From the NCBI GenBank assembly GCA_013042475.1, contig JABDQA010000028.1, positions 1 through 63,054 on the forward strand: 63,054 bases of DNA. Reading direction: 5' to 3'. Under the pieces are notes generated by a model. The model saw only the letters and a list, made by a program, of their open reading frames with translations. It was not told the DNA's origin and searched no databases. The first letter of the stretch is position 1. Every line of letters begins with the position of its first letter. This DNA comes from Desulfofustis sp. GTDB taxonomy: Bacteria > Desulfobacterota > Desulfobulbia > Desulfobulbales > Desulfocapsaceae. A program made the translations under genes and the position numbers. Below are positions 54,074 through 63,054 of this stretch, piece by piece.

Positions 54074-55288
54074 ATGAAAAAGTCGATATCACTACTGGCG
54101 CTGGCCTCGATTATGGTAGCCGGCACCGCCTATGGATCAGGGTATCGTATTCCTGAGCAGTCATCGGATTCGGTGGCCAAGGCGGGAGCTCACATTGCCT
54201 CCTCGACGGGAGCCGATTCAAGTTATTACAACCCTGCCAATATGGGTTTCGCCGAGGATGCCTGGCTGATGGAAATCGATCTGACCTACATTCATTTGAC
54301 CTCGATCGATTACACCGATGCCCGAAGCCCTGGCTTCAACGGCAGTTCTGAACAAGAAAACTTTCTGCTTCCCACCTTGTTTGTCGTCTCGCCTGACTAT
54401 AACAATTTTCGTTTCGGCCTGTCTTTCACCGCGCCTTATGGCCTGGCCAAACAATGGAAGGATCCGTATCCGGCTCTGTTCGCCAGGAAGTTTGAATTGC
54501 AGGTCTTTGATATGAACCCCACGGTGGCCTACAAGATCAACGATTATTTCTCGCTGGCCGGCGGCGCCAGGTTGATCGTCTCGACGGCTCAGGCGGAATT
54601 CGGGGGTACCCCGCCTGGTGGTGTGCCATATGATATTAATTTGGACGGTGATTACGGCACGGATTGGGGCTGGAATCTGGCCCTGGCCTTAAAGCCAAAC
54701 GAAAACAGTAATATATCGGCGACTTACCGGTCAAATGTCAACCTGAATCTTTCAGGTGACGTCAAGGCCAGCCTAGCGGGGATGGGCCTCACCACCAGCG
54801 GCGACACAGAGCTTCCTGCTCCGGCGGTGTTCACTCTGGCAGGCGCCTACACCTGGAACGATCTGACCATCGAGCTCACCTGGGATCGAACCTTCTGGTC
54901 CGAGTATGAGGAATTGGATTTGGATTTTGGTAATCCAATGCTGGAGGGAAGTCCTTTTGGTATGGCAATGCCAAAGAACTGGGATGACACCGATGCCTTC
55001 CGGATTAGCGCTTCGTACGCGTTTAATGACGCTTTTACGGGTATGCTCGGTTTTGCCGTTGATTCAAATCCGGTTCCTGACGAAACCATAGGTTTCCAGC
55101 TGCCCGATTCCGATCCCCTGCTCTTTTCGGTCGGTGGCCGCTACAACATCAACGAGCGCGCTTCGTTCGGGCTCGGTTTTCTCTACGATTACAAGGAGTC
55201 GAGAACGGCCAACAATCGCGAGGCTGTAGGCGAGTTTGAGAACGCCGCCGCCTTCCTGCTCTCGGCGGGATTTAGCTACAAGTTTTAA
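54074..55288 (+). CDS. fadL: FadL/OmpP1/TodX-family outer-membrane hydrophobic-compound channel
   Basis: Signal peptide (MKKSISLLALASIMVAGTAYG), N-terminal GYRIPEQS..AKAGA hatch region, beta-barrel periodicity, and a terminal aromatic residue (SYKF). Confidence 0.85.
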   Translation: MKKSISLLALASIMVAGTAYGSGYRIPEQSSDSVAKAGAHIASSTGADSSYYNPANMGFAEDAWLMEIDLTYIHLTSIDYTDARSPGFNGSSEQENFLLPTLFVVSPDYNNFRFGLSFTAPYGLAKQWKDPYPALFARKFELQVFDMNPTVAYKINDYFSLAGGARLIVSTAQAEFGGTPPGGVPYDINLDGDYGTDWGWNLALALKPNENSNISATYRSNVNLNLSGDVKASLAGMGLTTSGDTELPAPAVFTLAGAYTWNDLTIELTWDRTFWSEYEELDLDFGNPMLEGSPFGMAMPKNWDDTDAFRISASYAFNDAFTGMLGFAVDSNPVPDETIGFQLPDSDPLLFSVGGRYNINERASFGLGFLYDYKESRTANNREAVGEFENAAAFLLSAGFSYKF

Positions 55289-55310
55289 TTATCCTGCTGC
55301 TGCACCGAAA

Positions 55311-55345
55311 AACCCCGAGCCGCATGCGGTTCGGGGTTTTTTTTT
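55311..55345. terminator. bidirectional intrinsic terminator
   Basis: AACCCCGAGCCGCATGCGGTTCGGGGTT hairpin (55311-55338) preceded by AAAA and followed by a T-run reaching 55345 (T9 counting the two stem Ts). It lies between the convergent fadL and M50 protease genes. Confidence 0.9.
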
Positions 55346-55380
55346 GGGGTGGGAAGATTTCCAAGAGTCGTTGGCGCAGC

Positions 55381-56010
55381 TCAAGTGAGAAGCAGGTTGT
55401 TGGCAAATCTGATCACCGGAAAGATCACCATACCGAGTACCCCGGAAAAGGCCAGCAGAAGAATGACGATGAAGCCGTAGCGCTCAAACGAGGCATAAGT
55501 CCTGGCCATATCTTCGGGCAGCAGGCCGGTCAGGATCCGGCCGCCGTCCAGCGGTGGAATCGGCAGAAAGTTGAAAATGCAAAGCACCAGGTTGATCCAT
55601 ACCGAGGCAATCAGCATGTTGTAGAGCGGTACCAGGATCGCCTCGAGCATGGGTGTGTAGGGAATCACCGACGCCGTGCCGATCAGCCCTTTGAGAAGCA
55701 CGGCGCTGGCCACGGCCAGCAGCAGATTGGTGATCGGGCCAGCGAGGGCGACCCAGAGCATGTCTTTTCTTGGATTCTTGAAATAATAGGGATTGACCGG
55801 TACCGGCTTGGCCCAGCCGAATTTAATAAAAAAGAAGGCGATGGTGCCGATGGGGTCGAGATGGCTGAGCGGGTTGAGTGTCAGCCTGCCGGCATCGCGG
55901 GCCGTTGGGTCGCCGAGTCGATAGGCTACATAACCGTGGGCGTATTCGTGAAGGGTCAGGGCCAGCAGCAGCGGCGGAGCCATTATAATCAGTTGACTTA
56001 CGGTATTCAT
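55381..56010 (-). CDS. site-2 protease family (M50) membrane metalloprotease
   Basis: 209 aa polytopic protein. HExxH as LHEYAHG, and a downstream NLLPIPPLDG-type motif (FNFLPIPPLDGG). Confidence 0.82.
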   Translation of the reverse strand: MNTVSQLIIMAPPLLLALTLHEYAHGYVAYRLGDPTARDAGRLTLNPLSHLDPIGTIAFFFIKFGWAKPVPVNPYYFKNPRKDMLWVALAGPITNLLLAVASAVLLKGLIGTASVIPYTPMLEAILVPLYNMLIASVWINLVLCIFNFLPIPPLDGGRILTGLLPEDMARTYASFERYGFIVILLLAFSGVLGMVIFPVIRFANNLLLT

Positions 56011-56138
56011 TTAATCCTGCTTTTGATCTCTAGTTGGTTCAAAATTAATCGTATAATCCTACCATTACGTGTAATCATCCGGGCCGGTAAGTAAATGATC
56101 CGCAACTACCTGCCCGAGACCGAGGCCAGTGCAGGGGA

Positions 56139-58817
56139 TCAATTGGACTGGAAGGCGGCAAATTCGCGGTTGACCATTGCTATTTCCTCTTTTCTGGTGC
56201 TCACTTGCTCATCCAACCGAGCCAGCAACAGGGTCTCCAGGATTGTCTTGAAAATGGGCCCCGGCTGGTAGCCCAGCGATTTCAGGTCGTCGCCGTTGAG
56301 CAGCGGCTGCTGGGTGCGCATGGTGGTGACGTACATGGATACAGCTTTTTCGACCTCTTCTTTTCTGGCCACTGCCATCAGAAAGAGCAATCCCTCGACG
56401 TTCAGATCTTTGAGTGCCGTGTAGATCACGCTTGCTTTAAGATCTGCCCTGCGGTTCAGGAAACGGGAGGTCTTGTCGGCCAGGGTCTTCTCGTTAATGA
56501 TAAAATTCTTGATCCACGGAGCGAGCTGGAACCGGTTGCAGAAATTGGTCATCACAGTGACCGGTGAGCGGGCCATGATGGTCAGCAGGTAGACGATCCA
56601 GGTCTCAAATTCATCATCGAGATAGAGAAGTCTGAACCAGGTAATTGCCTTCTGGGCATGGATCAGACACTGGTTGAACCTCTTGTCGATTTTGAGGTGC
56701 GGTTTGAGATCCGGCCACAGGTAAGGGAACAGGCCGAACTCAGAGAGACGGTTGATTGCCGGAATGGCATTTTCCTCGTTGAGCAGCAGCTTCAGTTCGG
56801 TAAAAAAGCGGGGATCGTCGGCTTTGCCGAAGAGGTTCATCTTCACCGCGTTTCTGATCAGTCGATCCGTGTGTTTGACGATATTGAAGTGCATCCGGGT
56901 TTCGAACCTGACGGCCCGGAAGATGCGGGTCGGATCGTCGACGAAACTCAAATTATGCAGCACTTTGATGGCCCGCTGTTTCAGGTCATTCTGACTGTTG
57001 AAAAAATCGATGAGCTGGCCGAATTGGCTGGGGTTGAGCTGGATGGCCATGGCGTTGATGGTGAAATCCCGCCGGTAGAGATCCAGTTTGATTGAAGAAA
57101 GCTCGACTGTGGGCAACGCTGCCGGGTACTCGTAGTATTCGAGACGGGCAGTGGCGACATCGAGCTTGAGACCGCCTTCCAGAACCAGGGTAGCGGTGCC
57201 GAAACGCTCGTGAACCCTGACCCGCCCGCGCAGCTCTCTGGCTAGATCCCGGGCGAAGGTGATACCGTTGCCCTCGACCACGATATCGAGGTCCATATTG
57301 TCTTTCTTGAGCAGCAGGTCTCTGACGAAACCGCCCACCACATAGGCATTGTAGCCGAGGGTGTCGGCAACTTCGCCAACTTTCTGGAGGAGCATGATCA
57401 CTTCTCTGGAGAGGGTACTGCTCAGCAGGTGGGTGAGATTGCGGCTCCGCTCCAGGGAAGGATACTCAGCCTCATGCAGTAAATCTTTTGGCAGGTTGGC
57501 AGGGTCGTTGACCAGCCTGTTCAATAGATCGGTGCGGGTGATGATACCCTTAAGTTCACGCTCGTGTACGATGGGAATGAGACGCTGCCGGTGCTCGATG
57601 ATGATCTCTTGAATATCTGCCAGGGTGGCGTTGAGCGACAATACTTCAACCTCGGTGGCCATATAGTCCTGTACCGGCTGATCACCGAGATCGTGGCTGA
57701 TGGCCCGCTCGACCATTTGCCTGGAAATGATACCGAGGATAAATGGGTCGCCGCTGCCCGTTTCCGGCTCCATTCGGGGAACTACCACCATGGCGTTGAT
57801 ATTGTAGCGGCTCATCAAGGTTTTGGCGTGGTGCAGGGTGGCATTTTCCGGCGCCGTGATGGCGGGCGAGGTCATCATCTCCCGGGCAATGGCCTGGGGC
57901 CGGATATGGCGGTGCAAGCTTCGGATCAGCTGTTCGTGAGCCTCGACAGTGCTCATTTCCTTCATCGTCGCAGAGGCCGCGGTCGCATGCCCGCCACCGC
58001 CAAAGTCACGCGCGATGGCCCCGACATTGACGTCGGGTATTCTACTCCTGGCAATCAGGTAGGTACGTCCGCCCATGGCAGCGATGGTGAACAGCACGTC
58101 GAGATTTTCCATGGTCAGAAAACGTTTGACGATAAGTGAAAAGTCGTCGACGTAGTAGGGCAGCGACAAGGTGGCAATGACCACCGGAATATCCTGGATG
58201 GTGATGCGGCTGGCATTCTTGACCAGATCGTTCAGGTGGCCGACCTGCTGAGAAGTGAGGTCATGGCTGATGAATTGGGTGATGACGTCCAGTTTGGCCC
58301 CTTTTTCCAGCAGCCAGGCAGCAGCCCGCATATCGTCCGGAGTGGTGGTCGTGTGGGTCAGCGAGCCGGTATCCTCATAGATGCCGAGACTGAAGATAGT
58401 GGCCTCCTCTTCAGTTATATCTATATCTTTTTCCTGTAGAATCTCGGTAAATAGCGTAGTCGTCGAACCGACGTCGCGGATAACCTCGAAGTCACCCACC
58501 ATATCGCCGCCGCTTTCCGGATGATGATCGTAGAGGTGCACCGAGATGCCGGGGTTATCGAGACAAGCGGCCAGGGGGCCGAGTCTGGACGAGGTCCTGG
58601 TGTCGACCACCACCAGGGAGGTCACTTTGCCCAGCTCGACCTGCTTGGCCTTGATGAAATCATATTTGTAGAGCAGAGTGTGGGAGATGAAATCCCTCAG
58701 AGTTTTTTCCTGGGAGCCCGGGAAGACCAGCAAGCCGTCCGGATAGAGCTTCTGAGCGGCAATCATTGAGGCCATGCCGTCAAAATCGGCATTGATGTGG
58801 GTAGTTATGATGCGCAT
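56139..58817 (-). CDS. multidomain DHH/DHHA1 phosphoesterase - CBS pair - class II tRNA nucleotidyltransferase/poly(A) polymerase fusion
   Basis: N-terminal THINADFDGMAS, DTR, DHH(P) and GGGH (DHHA1); two CBS modules in the middle; then GGFVRDLLLKKDNMDLDIVVEG and RRDFTINAMA (NTase head). 892 aa. Confidence 0.85.
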   Translation of the reverse strand: MRIITTHINADFDGMASMIAAQKLYPDGLLVFPGSQEKTLRDFISHTLLYKYDFIKAKQVELGKVTSLVVVDTRTSSRLGPLAACLDNPGISVHLYDHHPESGGDMVGDFEVIRDVGSTTTLFTEILQEKDIDITEEEATIFSLGIYEDTGSLTHTTTTPDDMRAAAWLLEKGAKLDVITQFISHDLTSQQVGHLNDLVKNASRITIQDIPVVIATLSLPYYVDDFSLIVKRFLTMENLDVLFTIAAMGGRTYLIARSRIPDVNVGAIARDFGGGGHATAASATMKEMSTVEAHEQLIRSLHRHIRPQAIAREMMTSPAITAPENATLHHAKTLMSRYNINAMVVVPRMEPETGSGDPFILGIISRQMVERAISHDLGDQPVQDYMATEVEVLSLNATLADIQEIIIEHRQRLIPIVHERELKGIITRTDLLNRLVNDPANLPKDLLHEAEYPSLERSRNLTHLLSSTLSREVIMLLQKVGEVADTLGYNAYVVGGFVRDLLLKKDNMDLDIVVEGNGITFARDLARELRGRVRVHERFGTATLVLEGGLKLDVATARLEYYEYPAALPTVELSSIKLDLYRRDFTINAMAIQLNPSQFGQLIDFFNSQNDLKQRAIKVLHNLSFVDDPTRIFRAVRFETRMHFNIVKHTDRLIRNAVKMNLFGKADDPRFFTELKLLLNEENAIPAINRLSEFGLFPYLWPDLKPHLKIDKRFNQCLIHAQKAITWFRLLYLDDEFETWIVYLLTIMARSPVTVMTNFCNRFQLAPWIKNFIINEKTLADKTSRFLNRRADLKASVIYTALKDLNVEGLLFLMAVARKEEVEKAVSMYVTTMRTQQPLLNGDDLKSLGYQPGPIFKTILETLLLARLDEQVSTRKEEIAMVNREFAAFQSN

Positions 58818-58970
58818 TCGACCGCTCTTACCAGTAAACCCCCTTGATTAAACCCGAAATATACCAGGTTCACATTATCTCAGCCGCGCCACTTCCGCAG
58901 GCCGGAAGCCAGCAATTTTGTTGTAATTATAGATAACTATAGCGGTTGCACTGGTATATTGCAATGGCTC

Positions 58971-59807
58971 TCAGCCGCGTGGATGAAATGAACGGTGGAT
59001 CGATTTAAGGCGATCCTGGTCGATGTGCGTATAAATCTGAGTGGTGGCGATGTCGGCATGTCCGAGCATCATCTGTACGGCCCTAAGGTCGGCGCCGTTG
59101 GCCAGCAAGTGAGTGGCAAAACTGTGACGCAGCATGTGCGGAGATATGGATTTGCGCACTCCAGCCGCACCCGCTGTCTCTTTGATGATCTGCCAGAACC
59201 TGGCTCTGGTCATCGGTTTGGCCCGGTTGGTGATGAACAGAAAGGTGGACTTTCTGCCTTTGAGCAGCTGCGGTCGACTGCTCTCAAGATAACCGGCGAC
59301 AGCCTCCCCGGCGGTCGTGCCAAAAGGTATAAGCCGTTCCTTGTTGCCTTTGCCGACCACTTTGAGAAAGCCACTTTCCATATTACAGCCGACCAGCGGC
59401 AGACTGACCAGTTCGCTGACCCGCACACCGGTCGAGTAGAGCAGCAGCAGCATGGTCCAGTTACGCACCCGCAGCGGTGATGGAATATCGGGCTGCTTCA
59501 GCAATCTGTTAACTTCCTCCATGCTCAAAGCCTTGGGAAGCAGCCGACCGCTTTTGGGCAAATCGACCATAGCAAAAGGGTTGCGATCGATGCCACCCTG
59601 GCGGGTCAGAAAAGAGAAAAATGAGTTTAAGGCTGAAACCCGGCGGGCATTGGAGCGGTGGGATATCGATTTTGACCTGGAGACAATCAGAAAGGCGTGG
59701 ATGGTTTCCAGATCGATGGCTGACAGATCGTGGAGATTCTTTTCTGTAATGAACTGCAGGAAAAAGCGGATGTCACTCTCGTAAGCAGAGGCAGTGTTGT
59801 CTGACAA
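58971..59807 (-). CDS. xerD: tyrosine site-specific recombinase XerD/XerC type (5' end unresolved)
   Basis: Catalytic residues are in context: ..GVRVSELV.., HMLRHSFATHLL, GHADIATTQIYTH. The codon at 59805-59807 is TTG, and the conserved N-terminal helix (LELFLIHLLSERRL) lies upstream of it in the same frame without any ATG/GTG/TTG. Confidence 0.85.
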   Translation of the reverse strand: MSDNTASAYESDIRFFLQFITEKNLHDLSAIDLETIHAFLIVSRSKSISHRSNARRVSALNSFFSFLTRQGGIDRNPFAMVDLPKSGRLLPKALSMEEVNRLLKQPDIPSPLRVRNWTMLLLLYSTGVRVSELVSLPLVGCNMESGFLKVVGKGNKERLIPFGTTAGEAVAGYLESSRPQLLKGRKSTFLFITNRAKPMTRARFWQIIKETAGAAGVRKSISPHMLRHSFATHLLANGADLRAVQMMLGHADIATTQIYTHIDQDRLKSIHRSFHPRG

Positions 59808-59958
59808 TCTTCGCTCAGAGAGCAGGTGGATCAGGAAGAGTTCCAGCGGAGCGCTGAATTGTTCAGGAATCGTAGAGGATTTTATTGGTCTTGACGGCGG
59901 CGGAGGTTGACATCCTGCCTGCAGACCCGCACAAGCAGGATCGAGAACTTAGACTGAA

Positions 59959-60153
59959 TCAGGCAGATCTTCTCATGCGATTGAACTTTCTGAGCTTCCG
60001 CCGTGCTTCAGCCTGCTTGCGACGTTTCTTGACGCTTGGCTTTTCATAGTATTCACGGCGCTTCAGCTCTCTTTTAATCCCGTCAATCTGAAGCTTTTTT
60101 TTCAATTGCCTGATGGCAAACTCGAGATCTCCTCGAACTTCAACTTCTATCAT
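59959..60153 (-). CDS. rpsU: 30S ribosomal protein S21
   Basis: 64 aa: MIEVEVRGDLEFAIRQLKKKLQIDGIKRELKRREYYEKPSVKKRRK.., the canonical S21. Confidence 0.92.
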   Translation of the reverse strand: MIEVEVRGDLEFAIRQLKKKLQIDGIKRELKRREYYEKPSVKKRRKQAEARRKLRKFNRMRRSA

Positions 60154-60285
60154 CTGTGTCTCCGTTGTATTTTTTCCACGACATGAGATTGGCTAAGCCG
60201 GTTTTTCTAACGACAATCTCTCTATATAAAACGATAACGTTGTGCTGTCAAATCATTTCTGAACTACAGTAAGAGGCGAGGGACC

Positions 60286-61671
60286 TCAGGCCGGGAAAAT
60301 CTTACCGGGGTTAAGGATATGGTTCGGGTCGAACATCGTTTTAATCTTCTTCATCAGCTCAAGGGTTGCTTCGTTGAGCTCGTAGCGCATGAAGGGTTTC
60401 TTGCTCAGACCGATGCCGTGCTCACCGGAGAGGGTACCCCCCAGGGAAATAGCTTGCCGGAACAATCGCTCTTTGGCCTCTTCGGCCCGTTCGACCTCGG
60501 CTCCATTTGACCGGTCAAGCATGATATTGACGTGGATATTGCCGTCGCCCGCATGCCCGAAGGTGAGGATCATGAGACCAAGTTCCTCTGATAATTTTTC
60601 TGTGTATTCAACAAGTTCTGGAATGCGCGACCGGGGCACGGCCACATCCTCCCCAATTTTGTGAGGCCGCAGTTTGAGCACCGATGGAGAGATGGCCCGC
60701 CGAGCCTGCCAGATCTGTTCTACCTCTACCTGGGTGGTGGCCTCTCTGAGGGTAAATTCACTCCGGTCGGAGACTAGAGAGATGAATTTTGCTGCCTGCT
60801 TCGTGACGTTTGCCTTCTCCCCATCGATTTCAACGATGAGAAGTGCCTGGGCAGTCTCCGGTGGAGGGTTTTCCATAAAAGAGGAAACGGCGTCGATGGC
60901 AGTCTTGTCCATGTATTCGAGCGTACATGGTTGTATATTGTGGTTGAGGATTTCCGAGACCATTTGGGTGGTGCGCCGCAGCGAGGTCGAGGTGAGCAGA
61001 AAGGTCTGCTTGTGGGGCGGTATGGGCAGCAGGCGGACAATCAGCTTGGTGATGATTCCCAGCGTACCCTCGGAGCCGACGAACAGCCGGGTGAGGTCAT
61101 AACCGGTCACGCTTTTTTCAGTGCGGGCTCCGGTGGTGATGATATCTCCGTTGGCGAGCACGACTTCGAGGCCAATGATGTAGTCCTTGGTTACCCCGTA
61201 TTTCACCGCCGAAGGACCACCGGCGCATTCAGCTGCGTTGCCGCCAATGGAGCAGTACTTAAGGCTGGCCGGATCGACCGGGTAGAACAATCCTTTTTTT
61301 CTGACTGCAGCCTGAAATTCTCCGGTGATGACTCCCGGTTCGACAATACCAATCTGGTTGTCCGTGTCAATTTCAACGATCGCGTCCAGTTTGGTCAGAG
61401 CCATAACGATACCGCCTGCCACCGGGACGATGCCGCCGGTCATACCAGTTCCTGCCCCCCTGGGTACGACCGGAATACGGTGGGTCGAGGCAAGCTTCAT
61501 TATTTTGCTTATCTGCTCGGCGTTACGAGGGAAGACGATCAGGCCGGGAAGATGCGGCCGGGCGGTACCGTCGTAGCTGTAGCAGTGCAGATCTTCGATT
61601 CTGCTGGTGAGGTTGTCAGAACCGACAATGTCGCTTATTAGGGGTATAAGGCGAGAAGGTATTGCAGTCAT
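60286..61671 (-). CDS. FAD-linked oxidase (GlcD / D-lactate dehydrogenase-like)
   Basis: FAD_binding_4 N-terminus (VVPRGAGTGMTGG) and a C-terminal FAD-oxidase_C (GTLSGEHGIGLSKKPFM, DPNHILNPGKIF). Confidence 0.85.
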   Translation of the reverse strand: MTAIPSRLIPLISDIVGSDNLTSRIEDLHCYSYDGTARPHLPGLIVFPRNAEQISKIMKLASTHRIPVVPRGAGTGMTGGIVPVAGGIVMALTKLDAIVEIDTDNQIGIVEPGVITGEFQAAVRKKGLFYPVDPASLKYCSIGGNAAECAGGPSAVKYGVTKDYIIGLEVVLANGDIITTGARTEKSVTGYDLTRLFVGSEGTLGIITKLIVRLLPIPPHKQTFLLTSTSLRRTTQMVSEILNHNIQPCTLEYMDKTAIDAVSSFMENPPPETAQALLIVEIDGEKANVTKQAAKFISLVSDRSEFTLREATTQVEVEQIWQARRAISPSVLKLRPHKIGEDVAVPRSRIPELVEYTEKLSEELGLMILTFGHAGDGNIHVNIMLDRSNGAEVERAEEAKERLFRQAISLGGTLSGEHGIGLSKKPFMRYELNEATLELMKKIKTMFDPNHILNPGKIFPA

Positions 61672-61786
61672 CGTTTTTTCGATTTAGGGTGGTTTCATAT
61701 GACCATACCCGAGAACCGTTCGGGTCGCCAGAGCTAAGGCTGACGGCCACGGTAACCATCCTCAAATCCTTTGGAAAGGTGATCCC

Positions 61787-62737
61787 ATGACTGACCATAA
61801 AAAAACTAGTATAGCCCTGCTGGCCGGCGGTAAATCCGGGGAACGGGAGGTCTCCCTTAGCGGTGCGGCAATTTTTGAAAAAGCACTCGATCCGGATAAG
61901 TTTACCATCAAACGCTACGACCCGGCCTCTGATCTGGCCGATCTGGCTCGGGACAGCAAGGAAATTGACTTCGCCTTTATTCTCCTACACGGTCTATTCG
62001 GTGAAGATGGCTCGGTGCAGGGAATGCTGGATCTTCTAGACATCCCCTACCAGGGGTCCGGTATTCTGGGCAGCGCCGTGGCCATGGATAAAAATTTGGC
62101 CAAAATACTCTACCGCCTGGAGGGTATCCCGGTGGCCGACTGGCAGGTGGTGACCAGTGTCGACGAGAACCAGTGCGAGCAGTTGGCGGCAACGATGGGA
62201 CTGCCGCTGGTGATCAAACCGGTCCGCGACGGCTCAAGTCTCGGCCTGACCATCGCCCGCAGCGTTGGAGACGTCAAAAATGGGGTAGCCCAGGCTCTTG
62301 AAAATGACGCCAGGGTGATGGTTGAAAAATATATAGACGGCAAAGAGATCACCGTATCGGTTCTGGGCAACGAAGATCCCGAACCGATGCCGGTTATCGA
62401 GATAGTGCCGGGTGATGAGTATGAATTTTTCGATTACAACGCCAAATACTTGCCCGGTGCCTCAAAAGAAATTTGTCCGGCCAAGATATCTCCAGAACAC
62501 ACTGCTCAAGCCCAGGAGTACGGGGTAAAAGCACATAAGGTACTTCAGTTGCATGGGTATTCCCGCAGCGATATGATCATAGCCGAGGACGATACGATCT
62601 ATATACTCGAAACAAATACCATTCCAGGTATGACCCAGACCAGCCTGCTGCCCCAGTCGGCAGCCGCCCACGGTCTCGACTACCCGCAATTACTGGAGAA
62701 GCTGATAGAACTGGGAATGGCGGCCAAGGGACGCTAG
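61787..62737 (+). CDS. ddl: D-alanine--D-alanine ligase
   Basis: ALLAGGKSGEREVSLSGA, HGLFGEDGSVQGMLD, ATP-grasp VIKPVRDGSSLG, and LETNTIPGMT. Confidence 0.95.
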   Translation: MTDHKKTSIALLAGGKSGEREVSLSGAAIFEKALDPDKFTIKRYDPASDLADLARDSKEIDFAFILLHGLFGEDGSVQGMLDLLDIPYQGSGILGSAVAMDKNLAKILYRLEGIPVADWQVVTSVDENQCEQLAATMGLPLVIKPVRDGSSLGLTIARSVGDVKNGVAQALENDARVMVEKYIDGKEITVSVLGNEDPEPMPVIEIVPGDEYEFFDYNAKYLPGASKEICPAKISPEHTAQAQEYGVKAHKVLQLHGYSRSDMIIAEDDTIYILETNTIPGMTQTSLLPQSAAAHGLDYPQLLEKLIELGMAAKGR

Positions 62738-62749
62738 CAGCAGTCAGGG

Positions 62750-63054
62750 TCAGTCGAGCACCACACGCTCGGGATGGGTGAACACGTTGAGGCGCTCCTG
62801 GCGGCCATAACCGGCCAGAGTCAGTCCCGCCCGTGCCGCGATGGCGATGCCCAGCGAGCTGGGGGCGGTTCTCGAGAGCACGATGGGTATCCTCATTCTC
62901 GCGCATTTGAGGACCATGTCCGAAGTGAGCCTCCCGGTGGTGTAGATGGCACCGCCCGGTTCAGCTTTGCCCAGCAGAATGGCCCCCATCACCTTGTCGA
63001 CAGCGTTGTGGCGTCCGACGTCTTCGTAGTAAAGCTGCAACTCTCCTTCAGACC
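62750..63054 (-). CDS. fdhD: formate dehydrogenase accessory sulfurtransferase FdhD (3' part; gene runs off the window)
   Basis: EDVGRHNAVDKVMG and SRTAPSSLGIAIA are FdhD signatures. The ORF is open to the right-hand window edge. Confidence 0.85.
   Translation of the reverse strand, partial: SEGELQLYYEDVGRHNAVDKVMGAILLGKAEPGGAIYTTGRLTSDMVLKCARMRIPIVLSRTAPSSLGIAIAARAGLTLAGYGRQERLNVFTHPERVVLD

Noticed and set aside
58880-58915. CCGGAAG-containing hairpin (CTTCCGCAGGCCGGAAG) that superficially resembles the SRP (4.5S) RNA domain IV.
   Set aside because: The surrounding sequence lacks the conserved GGUCCGGAAGGAAGCAGCC symmetric/asymmetric loop context and the long closing helix. It is probably just a small hairpin in the promoter region of the DHH-CBS-NTase gene.
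1-63054. Search for CRISPR arrays, tRNA/rRNA/tmRNA genes, IS elements, toxin-antitoxin pairs and known defence systems.
   Set aside because: I found no regularly spaced direct repeats, no GGTTCGAATCC-type T-arm strings in intergenic DNA, no transposase or integrase-like ORFs other than xerD, and no typical defence gene combinations. Absence is judged by eye only.

Overview
This is a 63-kb chromosomal window, about 50-55% GC by eye (not computed). The gene content looks like a Desulfobacterota (Desulfobulbales-like) genome; that is an impression from the protein sequences, not a database result. Most of the window is housekeeping. It includes mutS, efp-epmA, the conserved rpmH-rnpA-yidD-yidC-jag-mnmE-(methyltransferase)-mnmG-lgt block, molybdenum cofactor genes (moeA, moaA, MOSC, fdhD), typA, glgX, fadD-fadL, ddl, rpsU and xerD. 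I saw no rRNA, tRNA, CRISPR array, transposase or prophage. The most interesting items are these. (1) A tightly packed lexA-DUF72-imuB-dnaE2 operon in which a DUF72/YecE-family gene sits where the RecA/SulA-like imuA normally is and is translationally coupled to imuB; the operon lies behind a near-consensus promoter bracketed by two ATGTACAT palindromes. (2) A family of 125-140-nt imperfect-palindrome repeats with three copies. Two direct copies bracket a strongly AT-rich 0.6-kb islet carrying a small AbrB-fold gene, and a third, inverted copy lies 3' of dnaE2. (3) A probable Moco riboswitch in front of moaA. (4) An uncharacterised SAM methyltransferase wedged between mnmE and mnmG. (5) Several decay or annotation oddities: an AraC remnant with a frameshift, and xerD without a canonical start. 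All calls come from reading the ORF translations and the DNA by eye. No homology search, folding or covariance computation was run.
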